Assembly: GCA_963590405.1 (NCBI GenBank)
Contig: CAVAPE010000001.1
Span: 18,399 to 82,398 of the forward strand
DNA from: Eubacterium sp. CAG:180
Lineage (GTDB): Bacteria > Bacteroidota > Bacteroidia > Bacteroidales > Muribaculaceae
Direction of reading: 5' to 3'
Length of the DNA stretch: 64,000 nucleotides
The translations under genes were made by a program, and so were the position numbers. A model generated the notes under the pieces. The model was not told the DNA's origin. It made no database searches and was given only the letters and a program-made list of their open reading frames with translations. Shown here piece by piece: positions 26,584 to 34,932 of the stretch. The first letter of the stretch is position 1. Each line of letters begins with the position of its first letter.

Positions 26584-27678
26584 TTATTTCTTGTATTTTT
26601 TATCGTAGAAACGTTTTTTGCACACCGTGCCAGCAAACACCTTCTTGCGGATGCGCACATCCACTGCAGTGCCGAGTGCCGCATAGCGACTGTCGATGAG
26701 CGCAAGACACACGCTGCGGTCGGTGGTGATGGTGTGGTAGCCCGTGGTCACTTCGCCAATCTGCACGCCGTCGACCTCGACGGCATATCCGCCGCGCGGG
26801 ATGGCGCGATCCTTCAGTTCGATGCCCACCACCTTCTTCGCCGTGCCTTCGGCTTTCTGCTTGGCGCATGCGTCGCGGCCAATAAATTCCGGCTTGTCGA
26901 GTTTCACGAACATGCCCAGTCCAGCCATTATCGGCGAGATTTCGGCACTCAGTTCGTGGCCGTAGAGCGGCAGTCCCGACTCAAAGCGGAGGGTGTCGCG
27001 GCAGCCAAGTCCGCACGGAGTGACGCCAGCGGCAACAAACAGTTCCCACATCTTCACGATGGAGTTGGTGTCCATATAAAATTCGAAGCCGTCCTCGCCC
27101 GTGTAGCCTGTGCGGCTCACAATCAGCGGTTTGCTGTAGCATTCCGTCTCCTTGAAGGTGTAGAACGTAAGGTCGGAGAGGTCGAGTCCGAGGGTGTCCT
27201 TCGCCACCTTCTCCGCCTCTGGTCCCTGGAGGGCAATCTGCCCATAGGCAGCCGAGCGGTTGTCGATTTCCACGTCAAATCCGTCGGCTTGTTGGCGTAT
27301 CCACGCCTCGTCCTTCTCGATGTTGGCGGCATTCACCACCAGTAGCCATTCCTGCGGAGCAGCCATCTTGTAGACCAACAGGTCGTCGACCACGCCGCCG
27401 TCCTCATAGAGCATCATGCCGTAGAGGATTTTGCCCGCTGGAAGGGCAGTCACGTCGTTGGTAAAGATATGGTTGACAAACTTTTCGGCATCGGTGCCGC
27501 TGACGAAGATTTCTCCCATGTGCGACACGTCGAACATGCCCATGTGTTGCCTTACGGCGTTGTGCTCTTCAATGATTGAGGAGTATTGTATCGGCATTAT
27601 GAATCCGCCGAACGGACTCATCTGCGCCTTTAGCGCAATGTGGTTGTCGTAGAGACAAGTTTTCTTTAAATCGTCCAT
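26584..27678 (-). CDS. gcvT: aminomethyltransferase (T-protein)
   Basis: 364 aa with MPIQY, FDVSHMG, RTGYTGEDGFE and GLGCRDTLR motifs. Confidence 0.9.
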   Translation of the reverse strand: MDDLKKTCLYDNHIALKAQMSPFGGFIMPIQYSSIIEEHNAVRQHMGMFDVSHMGEIFVSGTDAEKFVNHIFTNDVTALPAGKILYGMMLYEDGGVVDDLLVYKMAAPQEWLLVVNAANIEKDEAWIRQQADGFDVEIDNRSAAYGQIALQGPEAEKVAKDTLGLDLSDLTFYTFKETECYSKPLIVSRTGYTGEDGFEFYMDTNSIVKMWELFVAAGVTPCGLGCRDTLRFESGLPLYGHELSAEISPIMAGLGMFVKLDKPEFIGRDACAKQKAEGTAKKVVGIELKDRAIPRGGYAVEVDGVQIGEVTTGYHTITTDRSVCLALIDSRYAALGTAVDVRIRKKVFAGTVCKKRFYDKKYKK

Positions 27679-27685
27679 AGTATTT

Positions 27686-28654
27686 TTAGGATTTTAAGAT
27701 GATGTCAATCAGTTGGTTCGTAGTTAGGTTGGCGATGTAGCGCAACGCGTCGAAGCCGTCGAGCAGCGCCGCCGCCTCTGCCAGCGGCTTGCCGTGGAGC
27801 AGGCGATTGAGTTCCGGCTCGGGGTCGGCAATCATAAAGTAGTCGCCTGAGAGGCTGATGTGGTGCACAATGCCGCTGCGCAACTGCAGGCTTACGCCCA
27901 CTTCGCCCACCGACGGAATCTTTTTCGACTTGCCGACGGTGTAGGCAGGGTTGCTGCCCGCAAAGAAACTTTCGTCGAGGTAGGTGCTCTCAATCTCGCG
28001 TATGCGCGCAATCTCCGTGGGCGTGAGCACGCGCTCGCCGTCGCAGAAATTGTCGATGAGATATTGCTTGAATACGCCAATCGGCATCGTTGTGTGCTCG
28101 CTGAGGTTGGTGACGTGCTGGCGCACCGATGCCACGCCCTTGCTCTTGAGTTTCTGCTCCGAAGGCGTGATGGCGAGTTGCATCCGCTCGAAGTCGCTAT
28201 TGTAGAGCAGAGTGCCGTGGACAATGCTTTTGCCCGGCACCTTGTAGAACGCGTTGCCGCTCACCTTGCGCCCGCCAATCTGGATGTCGTTGCGCCCCGA
28301 CACTTCCGCCTCCACGCCGATTTGTCGCAGCAGTGCAGCCATGCGTTGCAGGTAGGCATCAAACACCTCCGCAACGTTCTCGCCGCGCGAGATGTAGGAA
28401 ATCATCAGGTTGCCCCAGTCGGAATACACGCATCCGCCGCCGCTCTTGCGGCGGAACATCTTGATGCCCTCCTTGCGGCAGTAGTCCACATTCACCTCCG
28501 TAGCCATCAACTGGTTACGTCCGAAAATCACAGTAGGGCTCACCTGCCAAAGGAAGAAAGCCTCGTCGGGCATCTCTTTGGCAGCAAACTCTTCCATGGC
28601 AAGGTAGAAAATCAGCCTATGCTCGGTGTTGTCAGGTAGCAGTAAGTGTTTCAT
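27686..28654 (-). CDS. lplA: lipoate--protein ligase
   Basis: 322 aa. RKSGGGCVYSDWGNL matches the R(R/K)xSGGGAVYxDxGN lipoate-ligase motif. GRKVSGNA is the lysine-region motif. Confidence 0.8.
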   Translation of the reverse strand: MKHLLLPDNTEHRLIFYLAMEEFAAKEMPDEAFFLWQVSPTVIFGRNQLMATEVNVDYCRKEGIKMFRRKSGGGCVYSDWGNLMISYISRGENVAEVFDAYLQRMAALLRQIGVEAEVSGRNDIQIGGRKVSGNAFYKVPGKSIVHGTLLYNSDFERMQLAITPSEQKLKSKGVASVRQHVTNLSEHTTMPIGVFKQYLIDNFCDGERVLTPTEIARIREIESTYLDESFFAGSNPAYTVGKSKKIPSVGEVGVSLQLRSGIVHHISLSGDYFMIADPEPELNRLLHGKPLAEAAALLDGFDALRYIANLTTNQLIDIILKS

Positions 28655-28680
28655 CTTAGGTTCGTGTAATTCCGATTTCC

Positions 28681-28688
28681 CAAAGGTA
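28681..28688 (-). promoter_or_regulatory. candidate -7 box (TACCTTTG on the minus strand) for the lplA-gcv-lpdA operon
   Basis: The + strand reads caaaggta, 27 nt upstream of the lplA ATG at 28654. Confidence 0.5.
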
Positions 28689-28744
28689 GCAACACTTCTG
28701 CTGATTGCAAACTATTCCTATGTGTTGTGCAACATAATGCAGTG

Positions 28745-29779
28745 TTAAAAGCGGATGATGTGCTTCTCCGACGAGAGAGCGCCAACGATGCCCCAACCAT
28801 TGTCCACATTGCTGTAAATCTGCACCGTTTCGGTGTAGGCGTCGCGGTCGGTGATGCGGTAGAGCCAGATGGAGTTGAGGTAGTTGAAAAATTCGGGTGT
28901 TATCGACTGCAGTTCCACAACCACCCATTTGTTTTCCTGCCCGACTCTGCTTTCGTCGATGACGGGACGGCTCTCGCGTAGCCGCGTTTCTACGGTAAAC
29001 TCGTGCGTCTTGCCGTTGATAAGGTTGTCGCTGAACACGTTCGACATTCCTGCTGCCCATCCGCCGTAGCCCTTATGGAGGCTTACGTTCTTGAAAATCA
29101 CGTCGCTACTGCTGAACGAATCCTTGAAGTAGTAGGTGTCGCCGTCATAGATATATTCTTTGTCGTCTATTTTTATCAACAGCGCGGCACTGCGCACCTT
29201 CAGACGGTAGTAGTTGGTCTCGTTGGCAGGGTCGGTGATGCGCAGGGTGATGCGCGCCACGGTGTCCTGTGCAGTGTTGGTGTCGGTTTCAAACGACATG
29301 GGGTCGTAGAATTTCTCGTAGCCAACCACCTCAATCAGTTGGTGCTGCGGCACCTTGGTTTGTGCTTTGACGGCAGGATAGCCGTCGGCAGAGGCTTGGA
29401 TTGTCACCTCATCGCCCTCTTTTGGGCGGTAGTCGCACTGGAAACAGAAGTTCTTGGCATCATATTTCAAGTCGTACACGTCGCTGCCGTTGACGGTGGC
29501 GGTGACTTTAGCAGTGGGCACTACCGAGCGCTTCACCAGAGCGTCGTTGTAGTTATGGCTCTCGTAGTCGGCAAAGTCGATATATTCATCGATTGTGAAA
29601 TCCTTAAACGAACAGGCTTTGGTCACGGTCACCGTCAGCGTGGTGTCGGGCGAGAGGAGCGCATTGATGTCGAGTTCGTGGATGTCGTCGGTGTCGCTGG
29701 TCTTGATGTCGACCTCGCAACCGGTTGCCAGTATGCCCAGTAGGGCAACGGCGGCATATATGATATTCGTTTTTTTCAT
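28745..29779 (-). CDS. DUF4249-like lipoprotein (partner of the upstream TonB-dependent receptor)
   Basis: The likely start is the ATG at 29779 (MKKTNIIYAAVALLGILATGC lipobox). It lies 8 nt downstream of the TBDR gene, the usual TBDR+DUF4249 pairing. The family name is from context and memory. Confidence 0.5.
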   Translation of the reverse strand: MKKTNIIYAAVALLGILATGCEVDIKTSDTDDIHELDINALLSPDTTLTVTVTKACSFKDFTIDEYIDFADYESHNYNDALVKRSVVPTAKVTATVNGSDVYDLKYDAKNFCFQCDYRPKEGDEVTIQASADGYPAVKAQTKVPQHQLIEVVGYEKFYDPMSFETDTNTAQDTVARITLRITDPANETNYYRLKVRSAALLIKIDDKEYIYDGDTYYFKDSFSSSDVIFKNVSLHKGYGGWAAGMSNVFSDNLINGKTHEFTVETRLRESRPVIDESRVGQENKWVVVELQSITPEFFNYLNSIWLYRITDRDAYTETVQIYSNVDNGWGIVGALSSEKHIIRF

Positions 29780-29787
29780 CGTCGTGA

Positions 29788-32346
29788 CTAAAATTTGATT
29801 GTGTAATCGATTGAAGGCAAGAACGGAAGTTTGCACACGCCTTTCAGATAAGGCTCTGAGTCTCTGTAACTCACATATATGTCGGTGACGTTCTTGTGGT
29901 TGTAGACGTTGTAGAGGCTCAGTCCGAAACCGCTTTCGCAACGGCGGTGGCGGAGAGTGTAGGTGAGCCGAAGGTCGAGATGGTGCTCGTCGGGCATCTT
30001 GAACGAGTTGCGTCCGCGGTAGGAATAGAAGCGGCTGAAACGGTTGAAGTATGCCGCGCCGTCGGGATCATCCGAACTGAAGCCTCCGATGATGTGGAAC
30101 GTCGAAGAACTACTTGTGATGTCGCCGACTGGGTCGTATTCGTCTATTCTGCCGCCGCTGATAACCGTTGTGGCAACATTGCCTCGGCGTCCGCTGCGGT
30201 AGGTCCACGAGAGCGATGCGTTCCAGTGCTTGTTGAAGCGGTGAGAGATTACGATGTTCACGCTGTGGCGGCGGTCGTTGGCAGCCGGGAACTCCTTGCC
30301 GCCGTTGATTTCCTGTAGCGGAGTGTCGAATGTGCGTAGCGACTTCGACCATGTGTAACTAACCCATCCTGTGGTGTTGCCCGATTCCTTTTTGAGCATG
30401 AACTCTGCGCCGTAGGCTCGTCCGCTGCCGCAGGCAACCATGTCTTGCCAATCGCCGGCGGTGGAGAAGAAAGATGCGCCGTCTTTGTATTCCACAAGGT
30501 TTTTCATCCATTTGTAGTAACCTTCCACCTCGAAACTCAGCCCTTTAATTATCTCGTAGCCAACGCCGGCAGCCACTTGGTCGGAGTAGGTTACAGGGAT
30601 TTTCTTGGTCGACGGCACCCAGATATCCGACGGCATCACGAGGTTGCCGCTCGTGAGCAGATGCAAGCCCTGCGACATTCGCGCATACGACAGTTTGATG
30701 GCAAGATTGCTTGTTGGCATAATGCTCACCGAGGCGCGCGGCTCAAGAGAATGGGTGGTCGCGTCGGTCGACGAATAAAGAGCGTAGCGCAAGCCTACGT
30801 TGGCTTTAAGCCATGAGGCAATGCTCCATTCGTCCTCGGCATAGACGCTAAAAGTGGAAATGTCGGTGCTGTTGCCTATGCGTTCGTCGGTGATGGTTTC
30901 CTTGTTCGCCTTGCCCTTCTGGAAATAGGTTATCGTGGTGTGGTTGTAGACATCGACTGTGGGCGACAGGTGCTGCAACTTGAAACTTGCGCCGTAGCGC
31001 AGTGTTTGCCGTGGTGCCACATTGTGCGTGAAGTCGGCATTCACCGACAAATCGCTGATTTTTGAGTGGTAGCGGGCATAGGATTCGGCATCGAGCGACT
31101 TGTCGTTCTTGATCCCATCGCTGATATCTTCTTTGAATGACCAGAACTTATGGTCTGTCTGCGATTGCGCCAGTGAGTAGTTGTAGGTGCTGAAGCCAGC
31201 CGAGGCGTTCATCTGCAACTTTGAGTTGAACGAGTGAATCCACGACAGTCCGCCAATGATGTTGCCCCAATTCGAGTCGGTGCTGCTTTGTGAATTCTGA
31301 GTGTAGTAGGTTGTAGTGAGTGCCGAACTGTTGTATTTACTCTTTTCTGCCGACCAACTCGATGGCGACACGTTGTCTTTGTCGTTGCCAAAGTAGAACG
31401 TTGCCGACAGTCGGTCGGATGCCGAAAAGCGGTGCACGAGCCGTGCCGTTATGTCGTAGTAGTTGAGGTCGAGATAGGGGGTGAGTACCGTCTGATTGTC
31501 GATGACGCGTTTCATCGTCGGAATTACAAGGGCGTTGAGGTAGGATGCCCGTGCTGAGACGCTGAACGAGGTGTGTCCTTTCCAGATCGGGCCTTCGGCG
31601 TGGATTGCCGACGACATTACGCCGGCTGAGAGCGAGCCGTGGTAGCGGTCGAAATCGCCGTCGCGGAGAGATACGTCGACCACGCTCGACAGTCGTGAGC
31701 CGTAGCGCGCTGGGAAGCCGCCTTTAAGTACGGTCACGTCGCTAACCATTTCGGGACTGAATGCCGATACAAAACCCTTCAAATGCTCGGGGTTATAGAT
31801 TGTGAAGCCGTCAATTGAGATTTGGTTTTGGTCGTAGGAGCCGCCGCGCACGTAGATGCCCGCCGTGCCGTCGTTGCCCGTCTGGATGCCAGGCAGTGTC
31901 TGCAGGGCTTTAAGCACGTCTACTTCGCCCAGTGTTGCTGGCAGTGACTTGATTTGCCTTACCGACAATGCGTTGGCACTCATCTGCGTGGCGCGGATGC
32001 CTACTTGCGACGGCGCGTAGATTGTAACGTCGCGCAACTTGTTGTCGCGCGTGAGGCGGATGTCGAACGATGAGTTCTTGTCGGCTTTTATCTGTGTGGA
32101 ATATGAGGTGTAGCCTACGTAACTGACTACTATGTTGATTGTTTCGCCAACGGTGGGGTGGAGTTCGAAGAAACCGGCAATGTCGGTGGTTTGTCCATAA
32201 CGGTTGTCGGTTGAATACACACTTGCCCCAATCAGTGCTTCCCCCGTCTCGGCATCTGAAACAGTGCCGCTGACCATCACGTTCTGCGCGTGGCAAACCG
32301 CCGAAGCAAGGGCAAAACAGATTATAATCGCTAATTTTCTGAACAT
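29788..32346 (-). CDS. TonB-dependent receptor with an N-terminal carboxypeptidase-regulatory-like domain
   Basis: Signal peptide ...AVCHAQ, then NVMVSGTVSDAETGEALIGASVY, a plug region, a large barrel and a C-terminal ...DYTIKF. Confidence 0.85.
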   Translation of the reverse strand: MFRKLAIIICFALASAVCHAQNVMVSGTVSDAETGEALIGASVYSTDNRYGQTTDIAGFFELHPTVGETINIVVSYVGYTSYSTQIKADKNSSFDIRLTRDNKLRDVTIYAPSQVGIRATQMSANALSVRQIKSLPATLGEVDVLKALQTLPGIQTGNDGTAGIYVRGGSYDQNQISIDGFTIYNPEHLKGFVSAFSPEMVSDVTVLKGGFPARYGSRLSSVVDVSLRDGDFDRYHGSLSAGVMSSAIHAEGPIWKGHTSFSVSARASYLNALVIPTMKRVIDNQTVLTPYLDLNYYDITARLVHRFSASDRLSATFYFGNDKDNVSPSSWSAEKSKYNSSALTTTYYTQNSQSSTDSNWGNIIGGLSWIHSFNSKLQMNASAGFSTYNYSLAQSQTDHKFWSFKEDISDGIKNDKSLDAESYARYHSKISDLSVNADFTHNVAPRQTLRYGASFKLQHLSPTVDVYNHTTITYFQKGKANKETITDERIGNSTDISTFSVYAEDEWSIASWLKANVGLRYALYSSTDATTHSLEPRASVSIMPTSNLAIKLSYARMSQGLHLLTSGNLVMPSDIWVPSTKKIPVTYSDQVAAGVGYEIIKGLSFEVEGYYKWMKNLVEYKDGASFFSTAGDWQDMVACGSGRAYGAEFMLKKESGNTTGWVSYTWSKSLRTFDTPLQEINGGKEFPAANDRRHSVNIVISHRFNKHWNASLSWTYRSGRRGNVATTVISGGRIDEYDPVGDITSSSSTFHIIGGFSSDDPDGAAYFNRFSRFYSYRGRNSFKMPDEHHLDLRLTYTLRHRRCESGFGLSLYNVYNHKNVTDIYVSYRDSEPYLKGVCKLPFLPSIDYTIKF

Positions 32347-32444
32347 AATATCTTACAGGTTAACTCATGATAGAAATTTTGGCTAAAAATAATTATTTAT
32401 CGCTTAATTTCCCAAATTTGTCGAGATGATTTTTTGAAAATATT

Positions 32445-32523
32445 CACCCCGTAGAGGGTGCTACCAACACTGGCTGAGCCCTGATGATGTGGGTTGCGCC
32501 GCTTACAGGGCGCTTAGATTTGG
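32445..32523. repeat. copy of a dispersed GC-hairpin intergenic repeat (related to 44651..44775)
   Basis: Hairpin caccc-cgtaga-gggtg, followed by the core gatgatgtgggttgcgccgcttacagggcgc. The core aligns with gatgattgtgtgtttgcgccctgaaagggca at 44700-44730. Confidence 0.6.
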
Positions 32524-32542
32524 AATTGATATATGAAAGTAA

Positions 32543-32550
32543 TATCTTTG
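32543..32550 (+). promoter_or_regulatory. candidate -7 box (TATCTTTG) for the antitoxin-toxin operon
   Basis: A consensus TAnnTTTG 20 nt upstream of the ATG at 32570. Confidence 0.5.
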
Positions 32551-32569
32551 CAATATATATGATAGCATT

Positions 32570-32830
32570 ATGAATACAGCAATTACCCAAAAGAAAGCCA
32601 CGATGTTTAGGCTCAACATAGATTTGGTCGAGCGGCTTAAAGAATTGGCGAAACGAGAACATCGCAGTCTCAATAATTACGTAGAGTGCGTTTTGCTCGA
32701 TGTCGCTTATAATGAACCGAATGCAGAAACTGTCGCTGCGATAAAAGAGGCGCAAAGTGGTGCTTTGCGTAAATCCAAACCTGTGGATACATCGAGCGTT
32801 GATGCAATGCTCAAATCAATGGATTTATGA
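32570..32830 (+). CDS. type II antitoxin (ribbon-helix-helix-like)
   Basis: 86 aa. MFRLNIDLVERLKELAKREHRSLNNYVECVLLD is an RHH-type pattern. It overlaps the toxin start by 4 nt (ATGA). Confidence 0.6.
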   Translation: MNTAITQKKATMFRLNIDLVERLKELAKREHRSLNNYVECVLLDVAYNEPNAETVAAIKEAQSGALRKSKPVDTSSVDAMLKSMDL

Positions 32831-33114
32831 AAACGCTTCACCCATCTTCACAATTCAAGAAAGACGTTAAGAGAATTAAAAACAATCCAAGAAAACTTTC
32901 GCTTCTCAAAGAGGTGTTGAATATGTTGGCGTCTGAAATGCCTCTCCCCGATACATTAAGAGCTCATTCGCTATCGGGCGATTACAAAGATTGTATGGAG
33001 TGCCACATTGAAGGAGACTTTCTGTTAATATGGTTTGATGATGAAGCACAAGCGATTGATTTACTTCGTTTAGGTTCTCATTCAGAACTCTTCGGCAATG
33101 GGGCTAAAAGATAA
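32827..33114 (+). CDS. yafQ: type II toxin, YafQ family (RelE/ParE superfamily mRNA interferase)
   Basis: 95 aa. FKKDVKRI..., AHSLSGDYKDCMECHIEGDFLLIW and LRLGSHSELF match YafQ-family signatures. Confidence 0.8.
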   Translation: MKTLHPSSQFKKDVKRIKNNPRKLSLLKEVLNMLASEMPLPDTLRAHSLSGDYKDCMECHIEGDFLLIWFDDEAQAIDLLRLGSHSELFGNGAKR

Positions 33115-33169
33115 AACAAAGGTTTTGGTAAATTTCGGTTTATAATTTGGTTGATGCGGAATAATACTA

Positions 33170-33177
33170 TATATTTG
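33170..33177 (+). promoter_or_regulatory. candidate -7 box (TATATTTG) for the DUF6377 regulator gene
   Basis: A consensus match 41 nt upstream of the ATG at 33218. Confidence 0.45.
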
Positions 33178-33217
33178 TGCTGCAATTATCTAACATTTTG
33201 ATTAATCTATATTCGTG

Positions 33218-34789
33218 ATGCTAAAACGTTTCGCCCTTAGTCTGACTTTTCTCGTGTCGTTGGTGATGCCTGCTGTGGCTTCTGATTCCATTCTCGACAG
33301 TCTTGACTACTACATTAGTCGCAAGCCATACTACGACAATCTCAAATATCAGCGCATCTTTAAGTTGAAAGCCGTTGCCGAAGGGAAAGGAAACGTGTCG
33401 AGAGACGAGAGAATCACTGCCTTCGCAGAACTTGGCGAAGAATACACCCTTTTTAAGGCCGATACTGCAGTTTACTATTATAATAGGGCAATCAAACTCG
33501 CAACGGAGTCTGCCGACACGATGAAAGTCCTGCTCCTCAGGATGAGGAAGATACGTCCCGACATGATTTCGGGTTTCTATGCCGAGGCGCACGACGAATT
33601 TCGCAGCATTCAGCAGTGTAAATTACCCGAAGGTCTGCTAACGGATTTCTACGAGTGTGGCTATCGTCTTTACTCCTTTGCACTCAACAGCATTGACGAT
33701 GGCGGTCCGTACTACGACCGCTACTATTACAACGCTGGATTTTACCGCAAAAAATGGATAGACCAGTTGCCTGAACGTTCAACCACCCGCCGCCTTTATG
33801 AGGCAGAGCAAGCCATCAGTGATGGTAAGTATGTGAAGGCAAAGTCTACACTCGACGACCTTATGCGCACTTTGAAGCCAGAAAGCAACGACTACGCTTT
33901 GGCGTGCGCCTTTCTCGCGAAAATTCATCTGCGAAATAACGCCAGCAATGTCGGCGAGAGCATCCGCTATTATACCCTGTCGGCAATCAGCGACATTATG
34001 TGTTCGGTGAAGGAGAATCAGTCGATTTTCGACCTTTCGATGCTACTTTATAAAGGTGGCCACACCGATAAAGCCTACCGCTATATCTTCGCTTCGCTCG
34101 AAGATGCTGCGTTTTGTAACGCTCAGATGCGAGTGTATAACGTTTCGGGTATGCTTCCGGTCATAGAATCGCAACACACTGAGGAGGTTGAGATTCACGA
34201 ACGGATGCTGATGACCTACATTTTTATAAGTTTCGTGCTTCTGGTGGGTCTCGCCATCGCCGTGTCGTTCCTTGTGAAGCAGATGAAGAAACTCACGCGC
34301 ACGCGTGCCAAACTCAAAGAGGCGAACATGACCAAGGATGAATATATGGGTCAGTTCCTCGAATTGTGCTCCATCTATATGAAGCGCCTCGACTCGTTCA
34401 CCAAACTCGTGAACCGCAAACTCACCTCAGGTCAGACCGACGACCTTATAAAGATGATTAAGTCGCAGAAATTCAACGACGAGCAGCACGGCACATTCTA
34501 TAAGGAATTTGACAACGCATTTCTAAGCATCTACACCACCTTTATCGACGAGGTGAATGCGCTGCTCCGCCCCGAAGAGCGGTTTGTGATTGACACGCCC
34601 AACACTCTGACCACTGAATTACGTATCTATGCGCTGCTCCGTCTTGGCATTGACGACTCGTCGAAGATTGCGGAATTTCTGCGATATTCGGTGAATACCA
34701 TCTATGCTTACCGCAATAAAATGAAAAATCGCGCCATCAATCGCGATACTTTTGAAGATAATGTGATGAAAATTGGTTATATCGATTAA
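33218..34789 (+). CDS. DUF6377-type membrane-anchored transcriptional regulator (TPR-like sensor, one TM, C-terminal HTH)
   Basis: Signal/TM at the N-terminus, a helical-repeat region, an internal TM (YIFISFVLLVGLAIAVSFLV), and a C-terminal ELRIYALLRLGIDDSSKIAEFLRYSVNTIYAYRNKMK HTH. A GTG at 33215 is an alternative start. Confidence 0.65.
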   Translation: MLKRFALSLTFLVSLVMPAVASDSILDSLDYYISRKPYYDNLKYQRIFKLKAVAEGKGNVSRDERITAFAELGEEYTLFKADTAVYYYNRAIKLATESADTMKVLLLRMRKIRPDMISGFYAEAHDEFRSIQQCKLPEGLLTDFYECGYRLYSFALNSIDDGGPYYDRYYYNAGFYRKKWIDQLPERSTTRRLYEAEQAISDGKYVKAKSTLDDLMRTLKPESNDYALACAFLAKIHLRNNASNVGESIRYYTLSAISDIMCSVKENQSIFDLSMLLYKGGHTDKAYRYIFASLEDAAFCNAQMRVYNVSGMLPVIESQHTEEVEIHERMLMTYIFISFVLLVGLAIAVSFLVKQMKKLTRTRAKLKEANMTKDEYMGQFLELCSIYMKRLDSFTKLVNRKLTSGQTDDLIKMIKSQKFNDEQHGTFYKEFDNAFLSIYTTFIDEVNALLRPEERFVIDTPNTLTTELRIYALLRLGIDDSSKIAEFLRYSVNTIYAYRNKMKNRAINRDTFEDNVMKIGYID

Positions 34790-34932
34790 TATATCCATTT
34801 ATATTTGCTTATATTCATCTAAATTATATCCATTGGGTATCAAGTAGATAAAATAAATAACATCTATATTTGTTTATATAACTGTTAATATGGTGATTGA
34901 AATGCTTGACAGCGGATGTAACTTTGCAATGT

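Noticed and set aside
25921-27345. 474-aa + strand ORF spanning the antisense of gcvPA, gcvH and gcvT
   Set aside because: It crosses three well-supported minus-strand genes and their intergenic gaps. It has a low-complexity V/A/H/R/G-rich composition typical of antisense frames in GC-rich coding DNA. It shows no recognisable motif and has no promoter box.
28655-28744. Possible glycine riboswitch upstream of the gcv operon
   Set aside because: The whole spacer is 90 nt, with a -7 box 27 nt from the ATG. That is too short for a glycine aptamer, and no conserved aptamer core was seen.
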